From contig OX597816.1 in the NCBI GenBank assembly GCA_951406725.2, forward strand, positions 140,926,001 to 140,990,000: a DNA stretch of 64,000 nt. The letters run 5' to 3'. A program made the position numbers and the translations under genes. Source of the stretch: Octopus vulgaris (Eukaryota). The notes beneath the pieces are model-generated. The model was not told where the DNA came from, did not search any database, and was given only the letters and a program-made list of their open reading frames with translations. Of this stretch, positions 1 to 13,898 are shown piece after piece (the stretch's first letter is position 1; each line of letters starts with the position of its first letter).

Positions 1-126
1 GTAAAAAAAAATGTTGTCCTTATTAAGCTGATGTTTGGAACATAAACTAACAAGAAATTTTCATGGAAGGTTTTAATTTAAATCACTTTAAAACAAGAAG
101 TTTGTATCACAGAATCAACAGTGGTT

Positions 127-545
127 GGAATTCTTGCTTAAGCACCCCCATATAATCCTTCATAACTAAAATTTCCACTCTTTTTGAATTTTAAAATCAG
201 AGTTTAAAATACAGACAGTCTGAACTTTTTGCTTAAATCCCAGTAATGGAGCACTCTTGGGGCCATTATCATTCCATTAGATGTGTTTACGGGGAAAAAA
301 ATATTGAAAAACATCAGTACATGTTAGAATGATAAAGAAACAAAGAAGGTATCAGGTGGTCATGAGATGTGCTAAAAACAACAGGGAAATTGCCCTTAAA
401 TCACGTACACACAAAATTTTGTTTTTTTTTCCATAATCATATGAATTTCTGTGTACAGATCACAAATGTGCAAAAGATTTTCTGAAAATTCCCAAAACAT
501 AAAGAAGTTATGAGGGGTTATATGGGATGCTTAAACCAGAATTCC
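127..545. mobile_element. MITE with ~40-bp TIRs nested in a family-1 piggyBac-type MITE
   Basis: GGAATTCTTGCTTAAGCACCCCCATATAATCCTTCATAACT versus the inverse at 506-545. A related copy lies in reverse orientation at ~38297-38740. Confidence 0.7.
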
Positions 546-1649
546 ATCCAAGAATGTTCTTAGGTGATTTGGTATCAAAAGGGTTAAACACTGACCTAGA
601 AGTGTTCAAGCTGAATATCAACCACACCAGTATCACAAGTCTGGTGGTGGCAGCTACAAAGGGCATGGTTATTTTTGCTATTCTTCTGGTTAATATACCA
701 TAGAATGGTGACATTTACAACTGCAAGCAGTGGAAGAAAAGTGTGTTGTGTTTCACTGGTATAATGTACCTTTATATTAGCTATGGTCATACATCAGCAT
801 GTCCAAAAATTAAAGACATTTAGTTTTAATGCCAAGTAAATAATTAAATTGGAATATTTCCATGTAGTTATTCAAACTTGAGATATCTGATGTTATTCAA
901 AATGACACTTTGGTTTTATAGTTTCTATGTAGAGAGTAAATGGGGAGGAACTGATCTCTGATAGATAGTCTTTGAAAGCAAAATGTATGCATATGAATGT
1001 GTGTGTGTGTGTGTGTAAGAGAGAGAAAGAGAGAAACTAAGTATTTATGTCCACTTGAGTTTTCGCCTTTTTGACTTTTATCATCATGAGGATGATAAAA
1101 TCAAAACCAGACAAAATAATACACTCTATAACTGGCTAAAAATCTTAAGGAGTGGTACCCTAGCATGGCAGAGTTACAATAACTGAAATTAGCAAGAAAT
1201 AGAATACACTAACATATGCAATACACACAAACACTCACGCACATATGTATTGATTTTTGTTTTTATCTAAAGCTATATGTAAAAACAATTTAACATTATA
1301 CAATAGGATTACTCAATACTTTTTAGTGGAGTACATATTTATTAACTTTTACGAAAAAAAGGTTGTCAATAACTTCATCTTTAGGATATTAGAATGTTGA
1401 CTTATTTATTCATCAAAACGACAACCATAATAACATACATATATACATTCTAAAATTCAATACATATAAGATAAGAATAAAAGAGGTTATTAAAAAATGG
1501 TAAAATATTTCTTTACCTTCACCCATAAGTAAGTTTATTGCATTGCAATTAAAAACACTTGTGTATTAATAATTTGGGTATTATACCAACAGTATATTGG
1601 ATAAATATTATCCCTTAGTGGGTTGGATCCACAACCCCTAACTTACTTG

Positions 1650-1705
<56 letters not shown>

Positions 1706-2886
1706 TATCATCATCATTTAACATCCATTGTCCATAATGGCATGGGTTGGATGGTTTGACCAGAGCTGGTAAGCTGTAGGGCTGCACTAGATTCCAGTCT
1801 GATTTGGCATGGTTTCTATGGCTGGATGCCCTTCCTAACGCCAACCACTCCAAGAGTGTAATGGGTACTTCTATGTGTAATGGATGCCAGTTGCATGACA
1901 CCAGTATCTACCACAACTACAATTTCAATTGGCTTAATGGATCTTCCTTCTCAAGCACATCATATTACCAAAGTTCTCTGTCATTTGTCATTGCCTCCAT
2001 GAGGTCTAGCACTTGAAAGGTGCTTTTTATGTGCTACCGGCATGGTTGGTAGTTCCACAAAACCAGCATTGGCCATATTGCCTCTGTGAGGCCCAACACT
2101 GAAAAGGTGTTTTTTATGTGCCACCGGCACAGGTGCCTGTTATCTGACAGCAACAAAGGCCACAACTATAATTTCACTTTGCAGGATAGGTCTTCGCAAG
2201 CACATCATATTACCAAAGGTTTCAGTCATTTGTCATTGCCTCTGTGAGGCCCAGCGTTCAAAGGTCATGCTTTACCACCTTATCCCATGTTTTCCTAGAT
2301 CTCTCTCTTCCACTGGATGAGATCAGCACTTCTTCACACAGTTGTCCACATCCATATGCATCACATGACCATACCGGTGCAGTTATCTCTCTTGTACACC
2401 ACATCCTAAGCCTCTTATGCCCAACTTTCTTTCAAGATGCTTACATTCAGTCATGCATGCACACTGACATAGCACATCCAGCGAAGCATGCTAGCTTCAT
2501 TTCTTTCAAGCTTATGCATATCCCCAGTGGTCACAACCCATGTTTTACTGTCATGTAGCATGGCTGTTTGCACACAGGCATCATACAATTTGCCTTCCAC
2601 TCTGAGGGAAAGTTCCTTCATCACCAACAGAAGTAGGAGCTCTCTGAGCATTGCCCAACCTATTCTTATTCTAGCAGCTACACTCTTGGAGCATCCACTC
2701 TTGCTGACTTGGTCACCTAGGTACCTGTGCAACTTCCACACACAAAAACTAGTTTCCCTGTTAACCTTCCTCTGATATTGTTGCACCTCTTATGTGTCCA
2801 TAGCTTACATCGGGTACATCTAATGGAATTTCTACCTACACCTTTCTTACAGATCAAGCAGGGCCATCTGCCTGAGGGGATTTGCA
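1706..2886 (-). mobile_element. RTE LINE 3' fragment (PHD region, RT C-terminus, 3' UTR), decayed
   Basis: ORF 2451-2786(-) RYLGDQVS...ARIRIGWAMLRELL...KLYDACVQTAMLH matches the 16319 element; (CAT)n tail at 1706 next to (TA)n. Confidence 0.9.
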
Positions 2887-3170
2887 ATCATCATCATCAT
2901 TTAACGTCTGCCTTCTGTGCTGGCATGGGTTGGACGGTTTGACAGGAGCCAGCCAAGGAGGAACCTGCACCTGACTTCTGTGTCTGTTTGGAATGGTTTT
3001 TATGGCTGGATGCCCTAACTAACACCAAACATCCAGCAGAATGAACTGAGTGCTTTTTATATGGCACAGGTGGGTCAGATTTGGCAGGGTTTTTACAGCT
3101 GAATGCCCTTTCAAACACCAACCACTTTACAATGTATACTGGATGATTTTACGGGGCATCAACATTGGCA
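2887..3170 (-). mobile_element. RTE LINE 3'-terminal fragment
   Basis: (CAT)n-TTAACGTC...GCATGGGTTGGACGG...GCTGGATGCCCT, reverse complement of the LINE 3' end. Confidence 0.8.
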
Positions 3171-3314
3171 GAGTCACCAAGGGGTCACCTAAGGGAAGAG
3201 CAGGAGGAGAGAGAGAGAGATGATGGCAAAATGCCAGGCATACTCACAAGGGACGGGCATCAGGATTATATGTATGTATGTATATACATATGTATATGTG
3301 TATGTGTGTGCATG

Positions 3315-3364
<50 letters not shown>

Positions 3365-4249
3365 AATATATGTATGTATGTGTGTGTGTGTATATTTATA
3401 TTTATATAAATATATATGTATGTATATATATAATATATTGTTCATTTTACTTAATGTCTATTTTTCTGAAGAGAGAGCTTTTTGAGGCAGGACCTTACAG
3501 TTGGATGCTCTCCTGTCCCCAACTTATGACTGTTTAACAAGTAAGAGATTTCTTTATATCACAGGATTTTTTTAAAAGCCCAGTGCAACTAGTTATAGTG
3601 TCAACAAGGAATATCAACATCATCACCACCCACACAAGCATGGAATATAAACATATACACACTTATACATACATATGCTCCACACACACACACACAACAA
3701 CAACGAGCTAAGAGAAATAATTTAAAGTGACAGTGACATGAATCTGGACAATGAAGATGAATAAAAACTATACAAGATAAATTCTTGATTAATTGAAATT
3801 ATCTTTGCTTAGAGAGAAAGGTAAACAAATGCCTGGTGGCAATTATGACACACTTTGAATGAGAGGGGAGATAATCTCAAGTGTCAAGAATCCTACAGTG
3901 ACCCCAGACCAAAAAAGCCTTGTGAATGAATTTGGTAGACAGAAACTGAAAGAAACCTGTCATATTTATATGTATATGTATATAATGTGTGTGTATGTGT
4001 GAGTGTGTGTGTGTGTGTGTGTGCATGTGTGTGTGCATGTGTGTATGCTACTGTCTCCTTGCCTTGACATAGCATAATAGTTGTAAATGAATCTCACTGA
4101 TGTTTTTCATTTCCAGTTATCTTGGAAGCAAATGAGGGTTGGCAATAGGAAGGGCTTCTGGCTGCAAAATATCTCCTTCAAGAAATTCCATCGAATCCAT
4201 TCGAGCAAGGAAATATGGACATTAAAATAATGATGATGATGAGACAGTT

Positions 4250-4440
4250 GACATTTCTCGTATGGAAGGAGGCATTGTGGCAAGCCCCACACCAAATGGC
4301 TGGATGTGATTGGAGGATGCAGAGGGACTGGCACAGGACCACCAGTGATGGAGAGCACTGGTGGGTCTGGTTGGCTCTACACATGAAGACATCTTTGGGA
4401 CTACTAACCTGGGATGACCCCAGCCTCATCAAACAGGAGC
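4250..4440 (+). mobile_element. Short 3' relic of a second RTE-like LINE family
   Basis: Decayed G-x-P-x-T-K-W-L-D...AQD...WRALV-like C-terminal motif. Confidence 0.45.
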
Positions 4441-4619
4441 ATGAAGCAAAGCAACATGAAGTGTCTGCGTTTTCACAGTAAAGCCTAACCAAAGTTTAAA
4501 AGGACATCTACTTGAAAAGGAGTTTTAGATGTTACTGCTCAAAATATTGCACAAATGAATCTAATAACCCAGTATTCAGTGACATGCTAATTTCTAATTC
4601 CAATAATAACAACAACAAT

Positions 4620-5325
4620 AACGATTTCAAATTTTGGTACAAGGTCATCAATTTTAGGGGAGGGGCTAAATTGATTACATCAATCCCTGTGCTCGACTGG
4701 TTTCAAATTTTGGCAAGAGGCCAGTAATTTTGGTAGAGGGCGTAAATCAATTACATGAACCCTACTTATTTTATCAACTCTGAAAGGATGAAAAATAAAG
4801 TCGACTTCAGCAGAATTTGAACTCAGAATGTAAAGATGGATGAAATGCTGCTAAGCATTTTGCCTGGCGTGCAAATGATTCTGCCAGCTCACCAATCCTT
4901 TCAACTATAAGCACAAGTGCTGAAATTTGGAATGGAGCAGATTAGAAGTGCTCAACTGATACCTATTTTATTGCTCTCAAAAGAATGAAAGGCAACTTCA
5001 ACTTCGGTAGCATTTGAACCCAGAATGTAGAGATGAACAAAATACTGCTTAGCATTTCACCTGGCGTACTATTGGTTCTGCCAGCTCACCACCTTGATAA
5101 TAATAATCCTTTCTACTAAAGGCACAAGACCTGAAATTTGAGGGAAAGGGGACCAGTCAATTACATCGACCACAGTGTTTCACTTGTACTTATTTTATAG
5201 ACCCCAAAAGAATGAAAGGCAAAGTCGACCTTGGCGGCATTTGTATTCAGAATGTAGAGATAAACAAAATACTGCTAAGCATTTTGCCCAGTGTGCTAAC
5301 AATCTGCCAGCTTGTGACCTTAAAA
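4620..5325 (-). mobile_element. Cluster of three to four decayed SINE family A copies
   Basis: Repeated GAAAGGATGAAA..CAAAGTCGAC...ATTTGAACTCAGAA...GCTAAGCATTT...CTGCCAGCTC. Confidence 0.8.
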
Positions 5326-5335
5326 ATAATAATAA

Positions 5336-5900
5336 TAAATCTGCCCTGATGCAGTACCAGACAGTGGCTCTCGTGGCTTCTTATCTTAACTGATTGGAAG
5401 TGTTATCATGTACATTGTTTTGTCTTGGTATAAAAGATGGGCTACAGCAAATATTCTGCTCAATACCACAGATTTGCTTGTCAGTTGTTTGACCATAACC
5501 AGTTGAGCATGTCCCTTAGTGGCTGATGATATGTGCATCTCTGATCACGAGCAGAAGTAGTGGGGGAGCATTATAGCCATGTGTTGAGAGGGATTCTTTG
5601 GAGTTTGAATAATCCCCCTCTGGAAACATGGGTGTTTCATTCAACATCCTTAAGCAACCCTTGTTCAGGGACCTTTTGAGTGGGATGGGTTACTCGACCA
5701 GAAGAAAATTCTAATTGGGCCCCACCTGCAAGGTCATGTGCTGTTTATCTCGATATGAGATCACCATGTTACGCACATATGGTTGTGATGCATGTGACTA
5801 GTGTACCCTTATCAGACGGGTAGTCAGGATGGGTATACTGGGCTTCGTATATTTTACCCCAGTGTCACTTTGATGGCATGCACTGCTCTCTCACTCAATA
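5336..5900. repeat. Unclassified ~560-bp interspersed repeat in (AAT)n context
   Basis: Reverse-complement copy at ~33530-34035. Confidence 0.8.
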
Positions 5901-6971
5901 ATAATAATGATGATGATGATGACGATAATAATAATAATGATGATAATAATAATAATAATGATAATAATAATAATAATTTGAAAACAAGTTGACCAATGTG
6001 TGTGTTAATCTTTTTTAACTTATCAGTGAATTCTTAGTGAAACTTAACTTCACTCACTGGAGGCTTTCTCATCTGTTTATTAGAAGCTGTATATTCTAAA
6101 GGTCACAGACACAATATTTAGGCAAACATCATTTCTCTCTCGTTTAAATTGATATTTACCTAACTTATTGTCTCAATAGAATGTAATATATGTAGTGAAG
6201 TCAAAATATTTGAATTGAATGTCGACGTCAGAGCTAGTAAACAAGCCTCCTTCTTAACATTCAAATGGAACATTCAGTACACTAAGCTTTTGAAGACAAT
6301 TTACGCAGTAAACATTGCTTTCTTTTCATTGACTAGACATGAAATCTGAGGAGTGATAAGAATTGGTGGTAATTGTGCTTTTCTCTGGATCAATTGGTTT
6401 AATAAAGAATTTAAAGTAAGTGGTGATGCAGTGCTACATATTTCTAGTGTAAATATGAATCTCTACTTGTTACCATCATTTCATTTCAGATCATCATGAA
6501 AGTCAAGCCCACAAGAGAGCTTGTATGATACTAGAAATAGCAGTTAAACTTTTTCTCAAATCACATCTTACAGGTGCAGGCAAGGCTGTGTATTAAGAAG
6601 CTTGTTTCCCAACTACATGGTTTCAGGTTCAGTCCCACTATATGACACCTTGGGTAAGTGTCTTCTACCAAAGCCTTGGGTCAACCAAAGGCTTTCTGAG
6701 TGGATTTGGTAGATAGAAACTGAAAGAAGCCAGTGAGTTGGCAGAAACGTTAGCACGCCGGGCGAAATGCTTAGCGGAATTTCGTCTGCTGCTACGTTCT
6801 GAGTTCAAATTCCACCAAGGTCGACTTTGCCTTTCATCCTTTCGAGGTTCATCAAATAAGTACCAGTTAAATAGTTACCAGGGTAGCAAAAAAAAAAATC
6901 ACACAAGTAAAGAGATTGTAACTCGTTTTTAAAGGTAGAAACTTCGGGTTTGCGTGGAATTTTTTGTATAA

Positions 6972-7914
6972 TATATAAATAAATAAATAAATGGAGTTTA
7001 ACGCAGGTATAATTTCAAATACTTTTACTTCCAACACATGTTTCGAAGATTTCACTGATATTATTCCAAAGGAATAAATGGTGTAAAACAATGTAATCTC
7101 TTCAGGGAAGTGAAGAAATGAAACTCATCAATAAGACATTTTAACAGAAAATGATGGATATGTATAGTGATTAACTATTAATATTGTTTGAAAAAACGTT
7201 ATATGATATAACGTCAGAAGTAGCCCATAGAAAGAGAAGGGATATTTTTTTTAGTGATTGTTAAATATAAAAAGAAAATTAATGCTTAAATTATATATAA
7301 TGATAGAGATTACTTATATGAACTAAAGGTGTCATCATCATCATCATCATCATCATCAATTAACGTCCGTCGGTATGCACACTCTATAACCGTGTTTACT
7401 AGGGGATTTTTCGAAAAAAAAATAATGAAAAATAGTTCAGAATTACAGAGAAGACAGAATTACTTGCCTTTGTCATAAGGTATCGAGATTGAGAGAATCA
7501 ACATGGTTATAGAGCGTGCATACTGATGTAAACATTGGTAAAAACACACCTTTAGTTCATATAAGTAAACTCTATAATTATATATAATTTAAACATTAAT
7601 TTTCTTTTTATATTTAACATTCACTAAAAAAATATCCCTCCTCTTTCTATAGGCTACTTCTGACGTTATATCATATAACATTTTTTCAAACAATATTAAT
7701 AGCATTCAGTAAATCACTATACATATCCATCATTTTCTGTTAAAATGTCTTATTGATGAGTTTCATATCTTCACTTCTCTGAAGAGAAGATTACATTGCT
7801 TTACACCATTTATTCCTTTGGAATAATATCAGTGAAATCTTCGAAACATGTGTCGGAAGTAAAAGTATTTGAATTATACCTGCGTTAAACTCCATTTATT
7901 TATTTATTTATATA
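6972..7914. repeat. Long foldback / inverted-repeat element
   Basis: 6972-7332 is the near-identical reverse complement of 7546-7914; inner pair 7370-7396 / 7500-7526; central spacer ~100 bp. Confidence 0.92.
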
Positions 7915-8195
7915 AATGTGAGTGGATTTGGTAGGCGGAAACTGAAAGAAGCCTGTCGTATATATGTATATATATATATATATGTGTGTGTATGTGTTTG
8001 TCCCCCCTAGCATTGCTTGATAACCGATGCTGGTGTGTTTATGTCCCCGTCACTTAGCGGTTTGGCAAAAGAGGCCGATAGAATAAGTACTGGGCTTACA
8101 AAGAATAAGTCCCGGGGTCGATTTGCTCGACTAAAGACGGTGCTCCAGCATGGCTGCAGTCAAATGACTGAAACAAGTAAAAGAGTAAAGAGAGA

Positions 8196-8305
<110 letters not shown>

Positions 8306-8615
8306 CTGTGTGTGTCCTTCTGTCTGTTTTTGTCCATCCCCTACTGCTTCATAACCAGTGTTGGTGTGTTTATGTCCCTATAAATTGGTGGTTTAGCAAA
8401 AGAAACTGATAGAATAAGTACCAGGCTTTAAAAAAAATAAGTACTTGAATTGATTCATTTGGCTAAAAAGAGTTCAAGCTGATACCCCAGCATGGTCGCT
8501 GTCTAGTGCTGAAACAAGTAAGAGAAAGAATAAAAGAATAAAATATGTGTTACTTTGTCAGAGTAATCTGAAACCTTAAGGATTAATCATGTTTGCTCAA
8601 CCATTTGAATATAGG

Positions 8616-9020
8616 ATTAATCTTTTGGCATTCAGATTATTCTGTCAAATGAAATCCTTATTTATTCACACTGTTTTGAATTAATCATGTTATTTCATAA
8701 CTTTGAGATTTTGGTGATGTAATTGCTTATTTTTAGAATGACACTGTAGTATAGGTGTGAAAGGTTATATCTGGCTGATTTGAACAATAAATAGGCAGAA
8801 TATCTGAAGCTATGAGATAATGCATGATTAATTAAAAACAATGTGAATAAATATTACATTTAACAATATTCTGAATGCTAAAGGATTAAGGCTAAAATAA
8901 ATAACTGCAAGAAATGATGTTGAAATTAAATATTATTTTTGAAAACTTTCATAGAGTTTGTAATTGAGGACATTTTTTAATAATATACTCAGATGGCCAG
9001 TTTAAATGCTAGAGGGTTAA
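8616..9020 (+). mobile_element. piggyBac-type MITE (family 2) containing an inverted captured segment
   Basis: TTAATCTTTTGGCATTCAGA...AAATGCTAGAGGGTTAA. Other copies at 9190-9230 plus 10069-10258, 11687-11911 and 24235-24650. Confidence 0.75.
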
Positions 9021-9231
9021 AAAGTATCCTGCTGGTAGCCTTTTATTAATCATGCATCAACATCACCAATATCAGAGGACATCTGAGTATATTATTAAAA
9101 AAAAAGTCCTCAATTACAAACTCTATGGAAGCCTTTGAAAATTATATTCAATTTCAACATCTTTCCTTACAATTATTTGTTGTTAGTCTTAATTCTTTAG
9201 CATTCAGATTATTCTGTCAAATGTAATACTT

Positions 9232-9829
9232 ACTCTTTTACTTGTTTCAGTCATTTGACTGCGGCCATGCTGGAGCACCGCCTTTAGTCGAGCAAATCGA
9301 CCCCAGGACATATTCTTTGTAAACCTAGTACTTATTCTGTCAGTCTCTTTTGCCGAACTGGGGACGTAAACATGCCAGCATCAGTTGTCAAGCGATGTTG
9401 GGGGGACCAACACAGACACACAAACACACACATACATATATCATCATCATCATCATCATCATCGTTTAACGTCCGTTCTCCATGCTAGCATGGGTTGGAC
9501 GGTTCGACCGGGGATCTGGGAAGCCAGAAGGCTGCACCAGGCTCCGGTCTTATCTGGCAATGTCTCTACAGCTGGATGCCCTTCCTAACGCCAACCACTC
9601 CGTGAGTGTAGTGGGTGCTTTTTACGTGCCACCTGCACTGGTGCCAGGTGAGGCTGGCATCAGCCACGGTCGGATTGGTGCATTTTTTACGTGCCACCTG
9701 CACGGAAGCCAGTCGAGGCGGCACTGGCTTTGGCCACGATTCGGATGGTGCTTTTTACGTGCCACTGACACGGAAGCCAGTCGAGGCGGCGCTGGCATCG
9801 GCCACGATTCGGATAGTGCTTTTTACGTA

Positions 9830-9906
<77 letters not shown>

Positions 9907-10068
9907 GACGGGCTTCTTTCAGTTTCCGTTTACCAAATCCACTCACAAGGCTTTGGTCAGCCCAAGGCTATAGTAGAAGACACTTGCCCAAGGTGCCCCG
10001 TAGTGGGACTGAACCCGGAACCATGTGGTTGGTAAGCAATCTACTTACCACACAGCCACTCCTGCACC
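9232..10068 (-). mobile_element. SINE family B inserted in a MITE and itself interrupted by an RTE tail
   Basis: Tail at 9232-9440, head at 9900-10068; TACTTA at both junctions with the MITE. Confidence 0.85.
9441..9828 (-). mobile_element. RTE LINE 3' UTR fragment nested in the internal microsatellite of a SINE
   Basis: (CAT)n tail plus 3' UTR with ~60-bp repeat units; flanked by the two halves of the SINE at 9232-10068. Confidence 0.88.
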
Positions 10069-10669
10069 TACTTATTTATTCACATTGTTTTCAGCTAATC
10101 ATTTATTATCTCATAGCTTCAAGGTTTTCCTGGTGTGATTGTTTATTTTCTGAATGACATTGTAAAGTAGGTGTGAGAGACCAGATCTGGCTGATTTGGA
10201 CAGAGAACAGGTAGAATATGTGGGCTGGACATGGCCAATTTAAATGCTACAGGGTTGTAATTCTTATACTGCCTTGGTTCTCTTAAGTCTTTGTCCAAAG
10301 CATTTTCATAAGTTTATCCGAAATATTCTGCTTTATTTTCATAGCGTGTCAAATATTCTAATATGAATGCATGGACTCCAGGGAAATAAATATCTCCTGA
10401 TACTCAGGAGAGGCAACGGGTTAAGGAACAAGAACAATGGAAAAACATTTCTGACTTTTTGTTTTCTGCGTCAGTCAGTTGGTCACTTGAGCCCCTATTA
10501 GCTATGAATCCTCTTGTTACCATATTTCTGTTAAAATACACTGTTTTTGTTTCAAATAATTTTAAAAAAATAAAAAATAAAGATTTTAGTATGATAACCT
10601 TGTTGTTATTAATCTATTTTGGAATATAAATTATTGCAAAAATTTTCACAAATGGTTTTAATTTAGACT

Positions 10670-11000
10670 GGTGGCTTAGTAGTTAGAGCATCAAGCTCAT
10701 AATCATGAGGTAATGGGTTCAATTCCTAGATCAGGCTGTGTGTTGTGTTCTTGAGAAAGATAGTTCATTTCATGTTGCTCCAGTTCACTCAGCTGTAGAA
10801 ATGAGTTGTGATGTCACTGGTACCAAGCTGTTTCTGTCTTTGCCTTTCCCTTGGATAACATCAGTGGTGTGGAGAGGGGAGGATGATATACATGGGCAAT
10901 TGCTGGTCTTCCACAAACAACCTTGCCCAGTCTTGTGCTTCTGAGTGGAACTTTCTAGGTGCAATCCCATGGCTGTTCATGACTGAAGGGGGTCTTTACT
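10670..11000 (+). mobile_element. tRNA-derived SINE family C
   Basis: A-box-like GTGGCTTAGTAGTTAGAGC, B-box GGTTCAATTCC, then TTGTGTTCTTGAG. A related head lies at 14225-14510. Confidence 0.7.
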
Positions 11001-11445
11001 AAAGTAGGAAAGTTGCATTATTCAACCAAGGGCATTCTCAAGAAGGTTAATGTCAAAGGAGTTAAACAATATAAGCAATACTTAGAGGTTGTTTGCTTTC
11101 CGTTCCAGTGCTGGATTTACTATGGTGTAAATTTGTTTATTTATTAGTTTGTTTTTTTAATGTTTAAAAATCAGGAAAAAATGTTGAAAATTTGCATTTT
11201 TCCTGTTGCCCTAGTTGTGAGTAAATTATTTGCTTATACTTCTTATAGCTCTGTAGTGCTGAGTAAATATAATTTTAAAACATGCTATATTTAAAACATT
11301 TTGTTAGTATGAAAGAAAACACTTTTTTTTAGTCTGTTGTATTATATTCCATATGTCTTTATGCCTTGTCAATTAGTCTATGGAAGTGTGGAGAGATTAC
11401 CATTGTTGGGTTGTGTTTAAGGCATCAGTTAGCTTTAATCTAGCC

Positions 11446-11998
11446 CAGAGGTTCTCAACTGGGGTCCATTTAAGATTTTTGGGAGTCTATGCAAGCAAAA
11501 TAGTAATGTGGGGATCCACAGTATAGTATTAAAGGTCCATAAAGAAATTTTGCTTTAGATGTAATTATTGCAAGAAACAGATAAATTCCTTTCTCAAACG
11601 TTCTATATAGTTCAACCTGCACAAATTATTTATTGTGTGAAAAACAAAATAGAAATTTTGAAAAAAGTATCTATAAAACTAGATTTTAATCCTTTAGCAT
11701 CTAAAACAGCAATATCCGGCCCAAATATTCTACTTGTTTTATGTTCAAACTGGCCAGATCTAGCCTCTCACACATAGACTAGAATGTCATTCTAAATATA
11801 AGCAGTCACCTCCTCAAAATTTTGAAGCTATAAGATAATGCAAGATTACTTACAAGCAATATGAATAAATAAGCTTTACGTTTGACAAAGTAATCTGAAT
11901 GCTAAAGGGTCAAACATCGACTTGCTATGGGGCTCCACCAGAATAAAATTGTAATCAAAGGCATCCATAGATTAAAAAAAAAAGGTTGGAAACCACTG
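11446..11998. mobile_element. hAT-type MITE with a nested piggyBac-type MITE
   Basis: TIRs CAGAGGTTCTCAAC / GTTGGAAACCACTG; 8-bp TSD ATCTAGCC / ATGTAGCC; nested element at ~11687-11911. Confidence 0.8.
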
Positions 11999-12849
11999 AT
12001 GTAGCCTTTTAGTCAATAGATATTTCTTTGTAATTCTATTTGGTTCAATTATATTTAAAAAGATATACAGTTTATTTGAGAAATTTAAAGCAGTTCATTA
12101 AGTCTAGGCTATTTAAAATATTTTACTCATAGTGAGTGTACGGTGTCTGTATTGTTTCTTTGAAATACTAAACTCTTACAAATTTACTTGGACAATTTTG
12201 AAAGCCATAAATTTGGATCAGTTTCTATAGCTATGAAGTGGAAATAATTATTTAAGTTCATATTTGAAATGTGAATATTTAAAATGTCTTATGTCCCTTG
12301 GGGGTGATTATATAATAGGTGGGAAGTTTGCAGAGAAATTTATATCACAGTTTTCCACCCCCCTATGATATGCACAATAATTAAAACAGAAACAAGAACA
12401 TGATATATTATTGTTGACCCCAATGAAGTATAATTTGTTTTTCACATCAGCTGAATATTATTAAAACAACAGCTATGAAGTGTTTGAAATGTTATTTAAG
12501 AAGGAAATCATTTTCTTCATCTGTTATCACTTCATGTGGCATCGTACTATGCCATCAGTTATAAATACGATACGAGAGAAATCAGATACTATGGCCACTG
12601 ACAAGTTTCCAATTATTCAGTTGTTTACAAGACTGAGTCAGCTGTAGTAAAGCTAGTTCACACTAAAGATTTGAACAAAAACAAAATCAGTCTAAAAAGA
12701 TTAGCTTTAAAAAGATAATTCTAACTAACATAGACAGAAAATATAATTCATCGGAGTAACCTTCAAATGTTATGGTAGGGAGACAACTTACAAAGATAAT
12801 TCCATTTGGGTCCATAATATTTGAAATTAAAGAAAAATAAATTAATAAT

Positions 12850-13065
12850 TTTGTTGTTGTTGTTGTTTAGATATGATCTAGTTGTGATTAAACAGAGTCA
12901 TAACCAAAGATATTCCAGCTTTGACTATTCCATCATTTTCAAGAGTATTTAGAACTAAATTATTAAATAAGTACTTCTAAATAGCTTTTTAAAAGATGGT
13001 AAAGTGGGATTTGAAGAAGATTTGGTTGCCACTTCTAGCAAATTGAGCAACCAAGTAGAGCAGGT
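12850..13065. repeat. Unclassified old interspersed repeat ending in (TTG)n/(CAA)n
   Basis: Recurrent motifs GGTAGGGTGTGATTTGAGGGAGATTTGGCTGCTATTTCT and GATCAAAGACATTCCAG. Copies at ~13430-13790, 38230, 39000-39460, 43390-43720, 53510-53670 and 54050-54350. Confidence 0.55.
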
Positions 13066-13501
13066 ATGGGTGGCCTTTATAGAGAAGTGAGCCACATGAG
13101 ATACAGATCATTATCAGGAAAGCTACACTGCTAAAAAAAAGTTCATGGTAATTCTTCATTATGCGTACCTTTCAGAAAGTCCTAAGGATTGTAATTTGCC
13201 CATGACTGAAGTACAGGATCCTTTGTTTACTTCTATTAATATTTTTTAATGATTTGATAAATCTTAAAAAGCATTCACCAAGTTTCTCTTCAATTCAAAG
13301 ATAGCAGTTCTTTGAAATATTCTGACACAGTTTAAATTTAGATTTGGATTGAGTGAGCTACATTTGATGGCTCGATTTCAAATGCTATCAGTTATAATCA
13401 CCAGCTTTTTCCTGATCCTTCAGATTTATGATCAAAGACATTCCAAATGCTACTCAGTGTATCTAGAACTACTTTATTCAAAAAGTCTTTCTCTTTCTTA
13501 A

Positions 13502-13721
13502 CCCTTTCATTACTGTATTTATTTTGAGATGCTCTGTGTTTCTTTCAATTACTTTAAATATAACAAAGAATTTAGTAAAATAACTTGGTTATCATTCAGC
13601 TAGTGTTAGGAACATAAATTGTGGCTAAGGTTTGGTGGAAGATTTTAATTCAAAACTTATGAAAACAAGACATTTTTACTCAGAGCCAGAGCCGGTTTCA
13701 GCCGGGTTGGTAACAAAAGGG
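13502..13721. mobile_element. piggyBac-type MITE (family 1)
   Basis: TTAA|CCCTTTCATTAC...GTAACAAAAGGG|TTAA. Related decayed copies at 1-586, ~10505-10670 and ~23735-23990. Confidence 0.85.
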
Positions 13722-13858
13722 TTAAGATGGTAGGGTGTGATATGAAAGTAGTTATATTTATACCACTAAAAAGGAGAACAGACTTGAAGCTTCACATTAC
13801 TGCTTTGCTCAACCAGTTGAAATAGCTCCACTAGCAAATCTGAAGTCAACTCAAAATA

Positions 13859-13898
<40 letters not shown>

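Noticed and set aside
10670-10745. tRNA-like sequences (also at 14225, 42537 and 48941)
   Set aside because: No complete cloverleaf; these are SINE heads or isolated B-box motifs, not tRNA genes.
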